Positions 18,707-27,411 of a stretch of DNA of 46,825 nucleotides are shown here, in pieces; within the stretch, counting starts at the first letter, position 1; the number at the start of each line of letters is the position of its first letter. The notes beneath the pieces are model-generated. The model saw only the letters and a program-made list of their open reading frames with translations. It had not been told where the DNA came from and made no database searches. Origin of the DNA: a virus (lineage: Duplodnaviria; Caudoviricetes); the IMG/VR virus record IMGVR_UViG_3300037045_000356, positions 1-46,825 of that record; one strand, given 5' to 3'. The position numbers and the translations under genes are program-made.

Positions 18707-18986
18707 CAAACAGACAGCCAACTTCTTGAAACAGGTCATGGGAGCGTATCCAACGTTTGAGCCTACCCCGGAGCGGATGGAGATATGGGGCAGACATATG
18801 GCTAATATAGACTTCGACCTGGCGATTAAACGCCTAGACAAGCATGCACATGCCAGTAAGTTTGCACCGAGCATAGCTGATATTGTCAATCCGGATGAAG
18901 CGATCAAACGCAAGAAAAAGACAGAGGATCCAGACACTCTTTCACCTGCTGCACTGATGCAGGGTGGATATATTACTTTTATGTAA
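18699..18986 (+). CDS. Replicative helicase loader/inhibitor (G39P-like)
   Basis: AYP...W...KFAPSIADI pattern; follows rep. Confidence 0.75.
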   Translation: MDNKQTANFLKQVMGAYPTFEPTPERMEIWGRHMANIDFDLAIKRLDKHAHASKFAPSIADIVNPDEAIKRKKKTEDPDTLSPAALMQGGYITFM

Positions 18987-19015
18987 ACCAAAACCAACTT
19001 AAAAGGGGAGGGATC

Positions 19016-19216
19016 ATGATGGAGGAAATTATTGGCGCAAGAGGTTTCTGTAAAAAGTGTAAGTACGGAGAGATAGTTGCCGAGCATATTGTTTGCGATG
19101 CACCTAATTCAGCTTTCTACAAGAGCAATACTAATGCAATTTTATGTGCTCCTTGCTTTGTTCCGAGCCTAGATAAAAAAGACGTTGAAGTTCAGGCAGT
19201 TGGGTTCAGTAGTTAA
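19016..19216 (+). CDS. Small Cys-rich protein
   Basis: RBS; CxxC motifs. Confidence 0.55.
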   Translation: MMEEIIGARGFCKKCKYGEIVAEHIVCDAPNSAFYKSNTNAILCAPCFVPSLDKKDVEVQAVGFSS

Positions 19217-19238
19217 TCAAAGGATTGGGGGTAAGTGT

Positions 19239-19634
19239 ATGACCGTGCTAACTGAAAAACAAGCCCGGGAGATACTGGGGGACAAATACCCTGGGCCTCC
19301 AAAGAAGCATAAACATAATGCTCAGAGGACGATTATTGACGATATTGTTTTCCCAAGCAAGAGAGAAGCACAGTATTACTGTGAGTTAAAGCTCCGTCTT
19401 AGGGCTGGTGAGGTCGTTAATTTCGAACTGCAACCTGAATTCATCCTCCAGGAAGGATATATGCGAAAAGGCAAAAAGGTCAGGGAGATCAAGTATATAG
19501 CTGACTTCAAGGTGTACTATCCGGATGGCCGGGAAGAGATAGTTGATACAAAGGGGTATCGAACAAAGGAATATAAGATTAAGAAAAAGTTGCTCCTGGC
19601 ACGGTACCCAGGAATTTGGTTTACAGAAGCTTAG
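19239..19634 (+). CDS. DUF1064-type PD-(D/E)xK nuclease
   Basis: FPSKREA, LQPEF, YIADF, DTKG motifs. Confidence 0.85.
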   Translation: MTVLTEKQAREILGDKYPGPPKKHKHNAQRTIIDDIVFPSKREAQYYCELKLRLRAGEVVNFELQPEFILQEGYMRKGKKVREIKYIADFKVYYPDGREEIVDTKGYRTKEYKIKKKLLLARYPGIWFTEA

Positions 19635-19660
19635 GAAGGGGAGGGTGATACCATGCCGGG

Positions 19661-19834
19661 GTGATTGAACGAAAGAAACCAGCTCCTGTGGCGTACTGCT
19701 GGAATTATGGCAGAGAATTATCTATAAAACAGGTTAATGAGTATAAATGCAAAGATCCCGACAGACAAAGAGCGGAGCCCAATGGATGTTGTAAGCATTT
19801 GCAGTGGTACGGAGAAATCAGAAGGAGGGCGTGA
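19661..19834 (+). CDS. Small hypothetical protein (57 aa)
   Basis: Open frame from GTG 19661, Cys-rich. Confidence 0.5.
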   Translation: MIERKKPAPVAYCWNYGRELSIKQVNEYKCKDPDRQRAEPNGCCKHLQWYGEIRRRA

Positions 19835-19839
19835 GGACT

Positions 19840-19971
19840 ATGCCAACATCATTAAAGCACGCGTTAATATTTTCAGCAGCGGCATTCGTGGCCAGCGCAG
19901 CTACTTATTACATTGATCCAACTGGATTGATATGTGGAGTGCTGGCGGTGCTGATCTATCGGAGGAAGTAG
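19840..19971 (+). CDS. Small membrane protein (43 aa)
   Basis: RBS; two hydrophobic segments and a basic C-terminus. Confidence 0.55.
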   Translation: MPTSLKHALIFSAAAFVASAATYYIDPTGLICGVLAVLIYRRK

Positions 19972-19982
19972 GGTGAAGGGTT

Positions 19983-20621
19983 ATGTTAATAGATTTACTT
20001 GAAATTAGACCTGGGGCTGAAATCGAATATGAGTCTGAGATAGGTACCCACGGAACGCACAGCGGCCATAATAAAACTCGTAAAGGGAGGGTAATCCAGA
20101 TCACGGACAAGGTTATTTCAGTAAAAGGAAAGCTTTACCCGGATTCAATTCTTATCAATGACCTGGTATCAGGCCAGGCCAAAATAATCAGATTGAGGGG
20201 AGAGGATTTTGAGATGGCGGCAAAATTAGTTAATTGGGATGAAATGTGGCCGCTAGTAATGGCAGGAATTAATGCTGGAATGTCCAGTAGAGAAATAGCC
20301 GAACAACTAGGCATTGACAATAAAATTCTGCTTTCAAAACTAGACCGGGAGAAAAAGAAAGGGTTTATTGTTCCAAGAAAAACAGAGCAGACCCCACCCC
20401 CTGATCCGGGACAGGTTGGTAGCCAGGGACCGAATCAGGAGAGCACTGGGCCTGCTGTTGATAGTATACCAGAGACGGAGTTGCCTCGCGCTGATTGGCT
20501 TAATCGTCACTTAGTCGAAGAACTGCAGGAGCGCTGGGTAACAGAGACCATGCGCCAGAGCTTACCTAAGGAAGTTAAACTGGAAATCATTAAAATGCTA
20601 TTGGATATCGAAGTGGCGTAG
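19983..20621 (+). CDS. Hypothetical protein with HTH
   Basis: MSSREIAEQLGI HTH-like segment. Confidence 0.65.
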   Translation: MLIDLLEIRPGAEIEYESEIGTHGTHSGHNKTRKGRVIQITDKVISVKGKLYPDSILINDLVSGQAKIIRLRGEDFEMAAKLVNWDEMWPLVMAGINAGMSSREIAEQLGIDNKILLSKLDREKKKGFIVPRKTEQTPPPDPGQVGSQGPNQESTGPAVDSIPETELPRADWLNRHLVEELQERWVTETMRQSLPKEVKLEIIKMLLDIEVA

Positions 20622-20647
20622 TGCGCAGTCTGTTAAAACTGTGACGT
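20620..20647 (+). repeat. dif-like site 1: AGTGCGCAGTC-TGTTAA-AACTGTGACGT
   Basis: 11-6-11 quasi-palindrome, paired with site 2. Confidence 0.65.
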
Positions 20648-20657
20648 AATCGTATTG

Positions 20658-21491
20658 TTATGTCAATTCACGTTCTAAATAATATAAGTAAGCATAGTTG
20701 GAATTATCCGGTAAAGATATTAGTTTGGGTATATAATTTATTCCTATTCTTATAGCAGATGCAATACCTGTCAGGCCGATGGTCTCTTGCATAGGGATAT
20801 TTTGTGTAGATAAAAAAATAGGAAGTGCGATAGGTGCTAACTCTGAGATTAACTGAACTTTAACAGAACTCAAGAACCTTTTAATCTTTGATTCCATCAT
20901 AACCTTATGTAGAGTGGAAATATTATAGTCAATTTCGGCTATTATTTCGGCACTGGTGCTAAGTATATCTGTAGACATATTTAATTGCGAATAAAAATCA
21001 TCCATTAACTTCCTAAATTGCATTAGTTCATCTTTTCTTTTTACCTTAAATTCTAAAATATCATTAAGGGGGACGTCCGTTGCTGGAATCGGCAAACAAT
21101 CGCATAAATCAACTTCAATTGCAGTGGATATGGTACTAATGCTATCTGGGAATAAAAGTTTTGGTCCATTCTGTGCAATAGACCATTCTTCCCCAAGATT
21201 TTTTTTGTTAATCTTTAGGGCTTCCGCCTGTGCTACAGAAAATAATAAGTCTGGTGTGCCATGAAAGGGGAACTGTACTTTTGTCCTTTTTAGAATACCG
21301 GCATCTTCCAAAAAGTCTAAGTCTGGATTACCTTGAAAACGAATAAAACCGGAATCAGGAAAATCTAGTATGTCCCAATACAGCAAATAACGACGAAGCT
21401 CAACATTGTCAATGTTTGCAGAGAATGAAAATGAATTATCTGTAATATTTTTGGCAGGAGGTATTATTAAACCACGACTCAAAAAAGTCAC
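20658..21491 (-). CDS. AT-rich moron protein (DUF6236-like); probable start TTG 21482
   Basis: RGLII...LRRYLLYWD and VPLNDILEFKVKRKDEL motifs; antisense orientation with its own promoter. Confidence 0.7.
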   Translation of the reverse strand: MTFLSRGLIIPPAKNITDNSFSFSANIDNVELRRYLLYWDILDFPDSGFIRFQGNPDLDFLEDAGILKRTKVQFPFHGTPDLLFSVAQAEALKINKKNLGEEWSIAQNGPKLLFPDSISTISTAIEVDLCDCLPIPATDVPLNDILEFKVKRKDELMQFRKLMDDFYSQLNMSTDILSTSAEIIAEIDYNISTLHKVMMESKIKRFLSSVKVQLISELAPIALPIFLSTQNIPMQETIGLTGIASAIRIGINYIPKLISLPDNSNYAYLYYLERELT

Positions 21492-21560
21492 CTTCTTTTA
21501 TGTTTACATTACAACAATATTTTACCATGACGGTTTATTATTGCCCATATATTATCAATT

Positions 21561-21588
21561 AGTGCGCAGTTCAAAGATTAAGCGACGT
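21561..21588 (+). repeat. dif-like site 2: AGTGCGCAGTT-CAAAGA-TTAAGCGACGT
   Basis: Same arms and spacing as site 1. Confidence 0.65.
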
Positions 21589-21604
21589 AAAGGGAGGTTT
21601 TTAC

Positions 21605-21778
21605 GTGGATTGGAATAAAGCGGAACAGTATCTAAAGGATTGTGAAGCAGCTTATACAGAGATAGGACGTGCTGGGATGATTGCTATGATTTGCGTTATT
21701 AGTCCTTTGAGAGATAGGTTTAACTCAGGGGAAAGGACTCAAGAGCTTTATGAAGAAGTTATGGAGATCAAATTGTAG
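21605..21778 (+). CDS. Small hypothetical protein (57 aa)
   Basis: GGGAGG RBS, GTG start, MDWNKAEQYL... Confidence 0.6.
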   Translation: MDWNKAEQYLKDCEAAYTEIGRAGMIAMICVISPLRDRFNSGERTQELYEEVMEIKL

Positions 21779-21829
21779 AGTTTAAGGTGAACTAAGGCGG
21801 GGGAAGAGAACGATAGGAGGGGAAGGGTT

Positions 21830-22207
21830 ATGTTTTGTCCAGGTTGTAAGAAAGAAATGCAGCATATTTCAGAAGATGGTTTCTACAGGTGTCCGGAATG
21901 CAAAGGCACTTACTGGCCCAACGAACCCAAAATGGCATGTCCCGGATGCGGACGGGCAATGAAACATAATGCAATATTCGGGTTCTTCAAGTGTTCTAGC
22001 TGCGGATCTGAGTTCTGGCCACCGGATCCCAAGGATGAAGATTCGGATGACGATCAGAAGGAGGATGACGAATCAACCTGGAAGTGTAGTGGGAAGGTAT
22101 ATGGCCCAGCCACAATAAATGGCCCCATGAAAAGCAATAGCGGGCGCCGCCATGGAAAAAAGAAAAAGGCATCAAAGCTTGTCGGCGAACGATATTTATT
22201 GTATTGA
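21830..22207 (+). CDS. Double zinc-ribbon protein
   Basis: Two tandem CPGC...CxxC units, acidic and basic tails. Confidence 0.75.
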   Translation: MFCPGCKKEMQHISEDGFYRCPECKGTYWPNEPKMACPGCGRAMKHNAIFGFFKCSSCGSEFWPPDPKDEDSDDDQKEDDESTWKCSGKVYGPATINGPMKSNSGRRHGKKKKASKLVGERYLLY

Positions 22208-22224
22208 CAACACTCCAAAAAGTG

Positions 22225-22285
22225 GTAAAATCATAATTGCTACCCGTCACTATAATTAAGTGGCGGGTAGCAATTATGATTTTAC
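22225..22285. repeat. 27-bp-arm inverted repeat
   Basis: GTAAAATCATAATTGCTACCCGTCACT-7 nt-AGTGGCGGGTAGCAATTATGATTTTAC, one mismatch. Confidence 0.9.
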
Positions 22286-22515
22286 TAGGAGTTAAAAATA
22301 TTATCCTGACAGGTAGTTGAGAAGCCCTAAGAAACTTTCCAGTTAACTATTCATATCATATATCAAATATATAATCGGTGAAGAATCATGGTAATATATA
22401 GACTATAATGATTTAAAATTTGATATACTGTTTAGAGAGAGCAGGGGCTAGAATCACAGGCATCTAATCATAAATCGTCCTTATATATATCAAAGATATA
22501 AGGAGGTGTTTAATA

Positions 22516-22593
22516 ATGATAGTGCAAGTGACTGGAGGCGTTGGTGAAGTCAATGATGCTAATGTAGACGAAGCCTCACCTGTTTTAATCTAG
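22516..22593 (+). CDS. 25-aa peptide MIVQVTGGVGEVNDANVDEASPVLI
   Basis: TAAGGAGGTG RBS; terminator-like hairpin follows. Confidence 0.45.
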   Translation: MIVQVTGGVGEVNDANVDEASPVLI

Positions 22594-22608
22594 CCTCTTA
22601 AATGGGGC

Positions 22609-22645
22609 GACCCCAGCCTTGAGCAAGCTGGGGTCTTACCTTTTC
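22609..22645 (+). terminator. Hairpin terminator between convergent small genes
   Basis: GACCCCAGC...GCTGGGGTC then a T-rich tract. Confidence 0.6.
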
Positions 22646-22745
22646 TGTGTTCACCCGAGTAAGCATTAACCCACTCGGGCACGATGTTATTTGGAACTAC
22701 TATAGCCGGTAAAGGGAAGGGAATAATACTACCCAGGTTAACCCG

Positions 22746-22874
22746 CTAATCTTCTAAAGTAGTAAAAACGAAGAGAAAGACAACGGCGCAGAACAGGTAC
22801 CCGATTTGTACGAACTGAGCAATACTAATAAGAGCGAGAGCAAGGGTAAGTCGAGTCACATTTATCTTTATCAT
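22746..22874 (-). CDS. 42-aa hydrophobic peptide, candidate type I toxin
   Basis: AGGAGG RBS; MIKINVTRLTLALALISIAQFVQIGYLFCAVVFLFVFTTLED. Confidence 0.55.
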   Translation of the reverse strand: MIKINVTRLTLALALISIAQFVQIGYLFCAVVFLFVFTTLED

Positions 22875-22982
22875 AGACGCCTCCTGTCCCGAGCCCTTTC
22901 CGGTTAAGGTAATTATAAACAATTATCATATAATTTGGATATGTATATTTAAGGATCCTATTCTGGGGGCCCTTGTATAATG

Positions 22983-23021
22983 AACAAGAAAGCTGGTTCT
23001 AATGAGCCGGCTTTCTTGTTT
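22983..23021. terminator. Inverted repeat / terminator
   Basis: AACAAGAAAGCTGGTTC...GAGCCGGCTTTCTTGTT. Confidence 0.6.
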
Positions 23022-23033
23022 GGAGGCAGCAGC

Positions 23034-23135
23034 ATGATTATAATACTCTGGCCTAACTGCATCGTTCAGCATGGGGTCAAGGCGAGGACCAGGAGGTTTG
23101 ATCATAGGATAGCGAAGATGTTTCGGAAGTGGTAA
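23034..23135 (+). CDS. 33-aa basic peptide
   Basis: GGAGG RBS; MIIILWPNC...ARTRRFDHR. Confidence 0.4.
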   Translation: MIIILWPNCIVQHGVKARTRRFDHRIAKMFRKW

Positions 23136-23225
23136 ATAAGGAAAATGGTCGAAACAGGGGTAAACTTGACTAGAGGTAAATGTTACCTTTTGCCGAAATG
23201 TATTGGTGAAAGGAGATGACTATAT

Positions 23226-23477
23226 TTGAGCAAAAAAGAATCAATTATTAAAATACTGGATAGCCTGAATGAAAATTCTAAAGTTCCACCAGCAAATGAG
23301 TTAGGATTGGATCAAGAAGGATATGGTGAGATATTAGAAATAATGCAACAAGATAATCTTATCTTTGGTGCAAACATTTCTAGGGCAGGACAAGGTAACA
23401 AAGTACACATGGTATTTACAGACGGTACTAAAATTACAATCAGGGGTATTGATTACTTAGAGAAAAACAAAAGTTAA
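23226..23477 (+). CDS. YjcQ-like winged-helix protein
   Basis: KITIRGIDYLEKN C-terminal motif; own terminator at 23493-23512. Confidence 0.7.
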   Translation: MSKKESIIKILDSLNENSKVPPANELGLDQEGYGEILEIMQQDNLIFGANISRAGQGNKVHMVFTDGTKITIRGIDYLEKNKS

Positions 23478-23548
23478 TAAAAATAACTGATGAGCCTTAG
23501 GGCTCTTTTTTTATTGCATAAGCCCATCCGGGAGGTGGTGAAGATGTA

Positions 23549-24424
23549 GTGCCAAAGGCCAGAAGCGAAAACCGAGAGAAAGCATATAAGATCTTCCAAG
23601 AACACGGAGGTAAAATAACCAATCGAGCCATAGCCGATCAGCTAAGTATCAGTGAAAAGACAGTCGGCGGATGGAAATGCAAAGATAAATGGGAAGATAA
23701 ATTGAACGGAGTACTCCGAAAAAATAAACGGAGTACTCCGAAAGAAAAGAAAAAACGAGGTGCCCAGCCTGGCAGCAAAAACGCCCTGGGTAACAAGGGT
23801 GGCAACGGTGGCCCACCAGGTAATGACCATGCAGTAAAGCATGGTTTTTTTGCGCGCATCTTTCCGGATGACGAAGAGACCATGGCCATTGTGGATGAGA
23901 TCAATGGCAAAAGGGATAACACCCTGAACATCCTCTGGGAGAACATTGTCATCCAGTACACTGCCATAGCCCGAGCCCAGAAGTTAATGTTTGTAAAGGA
24001 TCAGGAGGATATCACTGAACACCTTAAAAAACGTAAGGTGCAGTCAGATGTTAAAAATAAAGGTACCAGGGATAAAGTTGACTACCAAGCAGTTGAAAAT
24101 TATCGCGAGGAAGAGTGGGAGTTTCAATTTGCTTGGGATAAGCATGCTAATTTCTTAAAGGCTCAGAGCCGAGCGATACAGACCTTGGAGCGTTTGATCG
24201 CTAGGTATGAGGAAATGTTGCTTAAGGACCTAGACACCGAAGAGCAAAAACTGCGTATCGATAAGATGAAATTAGAAATCGAGAAGATTAAGAACCCAGG
24301 CGATGTTGATATACAGACGTACCTTGATGCACTTAACCAGACTGCCCAAGATGTTTGGGCTGATGAAATAGAGGATATAGAACCGGCAAAGAACGGGGAT
24401 GGTGAAGATGAGAAACCCAACTAA
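23549..24424 (+). CDS. Terminase small subunit
   Basis: N-terminal HTH (WKCKDKW), GAQPGSKNA...NDHAVKHG motif; upstream of the large subunit. Confidence 0.9.
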   Translation: MPKARSENREKAYKIFQEHGGKITNRAIADQLSISEKTVGGWKCKDKWEDKLNGVLRKNKRSTPKEKKKRGAQPGSKNALGNKGGNGGPPGNDHAVKHGFFARIFPDDEETMAIVDEINGKRDNTLNILWENIVIQYTAIARAQKLMFVKDQEDITEHLKKRKVQSDVKNKGTRDKVDYQAVENYREEEWEFQFAWDKHANFLKAQSRAIQTLERLIARYEEMLLKDLDTEEQKLRIDKMKLEIEKIKNPGDVDIQTYLDALNQTAQDVWADEIEDIEPAKNGDGEDEKPN

Positions 24425-25703
24425 AGGGTTTAAATTTCAGCCGTTCTCAGTGAAACAGAAGAAACTCTTAACCTGGTGGATGCCATTCAGTCCATATAGA
24501 AACCACGACATGATAATTTGTGACGGCTCGGTACGGTCAGGGAAGACAGTGGCCATGATCGATGGATTTGTTACCTGGTCGCTGGCAACCTTCAAGAATG
24601 AAGATTTTATACTGGCCGGCAGGAGCATGGGAGCCCTAAAACGTAATGTGCTGAAACCTATGTTTCAGATACTCCTGGCTAAAGGGATCCCCTTCAACTA
24701 TAACCGCAGTGAAAACTATGTAGAGATTGGAACCAATACCTATTACTGCTTCGGCGCCAATAACGAGGCCAGCCAGGATGTACTTCAAGGCCTAACAGCT
24801 GCAGGTGCATATGCTGATGAGGGAGCGTTATTCCCCCAAAACTTTATAGAACAGATGATTGCTAGGTGCTCGGTTGAAGGTTCAAAAATATGGATGAACT
24901 GCAACCCTGAGAGTCCTTATCATTTTCTTAAGACTGATTATATTGATAAGGCAAAAGAAAAACGGATACTGCACCTGCATTTTACCCTGGATGATAATCT
25001 AGCGCTTTCTCCTAGAACTAAAGAACGGTACATGCGACTGTTCACCGGTCTCTGGTTTAAGCGTATGATTCTGGGCCTTTGGGTTCTGGCCGAGGGTGTT
25101 ATTTATGACATGTGGGATGATGCCATCCATGTTATTCAATGCCCTTCGGTAGGATACGATGAATATGGAGTGGCCGTTGATTATGCTACTGCTAGTGTCA
25201 TGACCTTTGGGCTTTATGGTGTCCGGTATGATAAGACGGGGAAAGACGAACATCGGGTTGACCTCATCAGGGAGTATTACTGGGATGCCAAAAAGAAAGG
25301 CAAGCAGAAAACTGATAGCGAGTTTGCCGAAGACTTCAAGCAGTTCCTTGGAATCGTTGTGCCGATAAATATCTACCTGGACCCTTCAGCTGCTAGCTTC
25401 AAGGCTGAACTGCGAAAACGAGGTTACAACCAGGTTAGAGATGCTGATAATGATGTAATAAATGGAATCCGCTTGGTAGCAACTTTCCTGAACGCCAAGC
25501 GGTTTTTTGTTGATCAGGGTTGCAAGGCAACTATTCAAGAATTTGGTTCTTATATTTGGGATGCAAAGGCTCAGGTCCGCGGTGAGGATAAGCCGGTCAA
25601 AGAAAACGATCATGCCATGGACCGGGATAGATATTTTATATATTCGAGGTTTGGTAAGATAACTGCCCGAGCTATGGGCGCAAAACCGGGAGGAGGATGG
25701 TGA
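24408..25703 (+). CDS. Terminase large subunit (PBSX family)
   Basis: GSVRSGKT Walker A, DE Walker B, NP coupling motif, DPSA and DHAMD nuclease motifs. Confidence 0.95.
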   Translation: MRNPTKGFKFQPFSVKQKKLLTWWMPFSPYRNHDMIICDGSVRSGKTVAMIDGFVTWSLATFKNEDFILAGRSMGALKRNVLKPMFQILLAKGIPFNYNRSENYVEIGTNTYYCFGANNEASQDVLQGLTAAGAYADEGALFPQNFIEQMIARCSVEGSKIWMNCNPESPYHFLKTDYIDKAKEKRILHLHFTLDDNLALSPRTKERYMRLFTGLWFKRMILGLWVLAEGVIYDMWDDAIHVIQCPSVGYDEYGVAVDYATASVMTFGLYGVRYDKTGKDEHRVDLIREYYWDAKKKGKQKTDSEFAEDFKQFLGIVVPINIYLDPSAASFKAELRKRGYNQVRDADNDVINGIRLVATFLNAKRFFVDQGCKATIQEFGSYIWDAKAQVRGEDKPVKENDHAMDRDRYFIYSRFGKITARAMGAKPGGGW

Positions 25704-27121
25704 TACACTTGGCAGAAGAAAAATGGGAAACGTGGCCCCCCGAAGGTCATCAAAAACGACTGGAAAACTACGCATTATATCGACTTTTGTTTGCGGGGAA
25801 GCATGATGAAGTCTACTCCCGGGTGCAGCAGTGGCTTGATAAAGAGCATGATAAAACTATAGTTTATATCGTTGCTAACTTTGCCGGACTCATTTCCAAG
25901 ATATGTGCTGATCTTCTTTTTGGAGAGCAAATCAAAGTAATTATTGGTGAGGAGGATAGCGAGGAGCGTAAGGCATTAAATAATATTGTTATCAACAATA
26001 AGCTTCACACTCGGTGTTATGAGATGTCTCTTGCAAGTAGCTTCCGTGGTGATGCTGTGTTTAAGGCGCGTTTTGGAAAGCCGGCTGCTTGGGACAAGGA
26101 AAAGGCAATTATAGAAGCAGTGCCACCGAGCTATTTCTTTCCTCATCTTAATGGGGATAACATTCAGGAGATGACCGGATGTACCTTGGCATGGGAAAAG
26201 AAATTAGGTGACAAGAAATATCTACGCAAAGAAATCCATACGCCTGGGTTAATAGAGAATGAGCTGTGGCAATTGGACGGCAGCAAGGTAAAGGGACGAG
26301 TAAAGCTTAGTACCTTGGGCGAATATGTTGGTCTTCCTGAATCCCAGGAAACCGGGTACCCAGGATTACTAGTTGAGCACGTTCCTAACTGGCGTTTAGA
26401 CGATATGTTCTGGGGTATTAGCGATTATGCAGATCTCGAATCCATGTTCGATGAGCTCAATAACCGGGTGAGTAAAATCAGCCGCATACTGGACAAGCAT
26501 AGTGATCCTAAACTAATTCTTCCACCGGGGATGATGAAATACGACGAAAGAAATAAGCGCTGGTATATAAACAAAGAGGATCTTCAAGTTGTTGAAGTGG
26601 ATCAGGCAGAGGTCGGTGATCTCCCCAGATATCTTGTTTGGGATGCGCAGTTAGAAGCTGCCTTTAAACAGATTGATAAACTCCTCGATCTGCTTATGAT
26701 GATGAGCGAAGTCTCCCCATCTGTTTTCGGCATGGATAAAAACGGTATAGCTGAAAGCGGTCGGGCCCTTAAGTTTAGATTACTGAGAACGCTGGCCAAG
26801 GTTAACCGCAAGAAGCTGTATTTTGATCAGGGATTAAAAAATATTCTCTATGCGGCCCAGGTGTTAGACGTTACTCATGGAAAGGCGAGCTACGAACCAC
26901 AGGTACCAAGAATTGAATGGGCAGATGGGTTGCCTGCTGATCCATTAGAACAGTCAGAGATCGAAGCCAACAGAATGGCAGCTGGTAATACCAGCCTTGA
27001 AAGCAGCGTTCGTAGGATGGATGGTCTGGATGATGAGGGTCTTAAGGAGGAACTGGATAGGATACAAAAAGAGAAACAGCAGGCTCCTAATAACCCAAGG
27101 GTCACGTTGCCAGGCCCATAG
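25697..27121 (+). CDS. Portal protein (SPP1-like)
   Basis: Position; GISDY and ESGRALK motifs. Confidence 0.9.
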   Translation: MVIHLAEEKWETWPPEGHQKRLENYALYRLLFAGKHDEVYSRVQQWLDKEHDKTIVYIVANFAGLISKICADLLFGEQIKVIIGEEDSEERKALNNIVINNKLHTRCYEMSLASSFRGDAVFKARFGKPAAWDKEKAIIEAVPPSYFFPHLNGDNIQEMTGCTLAWEKKLGDKKYLRKEIHTPGLIENELWQLDGSKVKGRVKLSTLGEYVGLPESQETGYPGLLVEHVPNWRLDDMFWGISDYADLESMFDELNNRVSKISRILDKHSDPKLILPPGMMKYDERNKRWYINKEDLQVVEVDQAEVGDLPRYLVWDAQLEAAFKQIDKLLDLLMMMSEVSPSVFGMDKNGIAESGRALKFRLLRTLAKVNRKKLYFDQGLKNILYAAQVLDVTHGKASYEPQVPRIEWADGLPADPLEQSEIEANRMAAGNTSLESSVRRMDGLDDEGLKEELDRIQKEKQQAPNNPRVTLPGP

Positions 27122-27133
27122 GAGGTAAACAAA

Positions 27134-27373
27134 ATGAAAAGCAATTGCTTGCTGGAAGCTGTAAAAGCCATAATAATAAATCCGAGACAAAACAAGATAT
27201 TCAAGAGGGGTTCATGGGCGTGTGTATTTAAACGTCAATGGCCTCATTTTTATTGGTATCACCGGCCACATGGCAAATATTATAGTTATCGTCAGAAAGA
27301 TGTAGCTCTTACATGGATGCAGCAATTATGGTACGAAGGGGACATAGTTGAGTTTACCTTGCACAACAAATAA
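27134..27373 (+). CDS. Hypothetical protein
   Basis: GGAGGT RBS; SNCLLEA...WPHFYW. Confidence 0.65.
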   Translation: MKSNCLLEAVKAIIINPRQNKIFKRGSWACVFKRQWPHFYWYHRPHGKYYSYRQKDVALTWMQQLWYEGDIVEFTLHNK

Positions 27374-27411
27374 AACAAAGAATAAACCGGCAACAGTGGA
27401 GGTGGTGCATA

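Noticed and set aside
22590-22748. Frame stays open ~50 codons beyond the TAG of the 42-aa peptide; several in-frame TAG-ATG junctions elsewhere (possible amber/pyrrolysine readthrough)
   Set aside because: TAG ends many genes whose successors have their own RBS; no pyl genes or tRNA in the window
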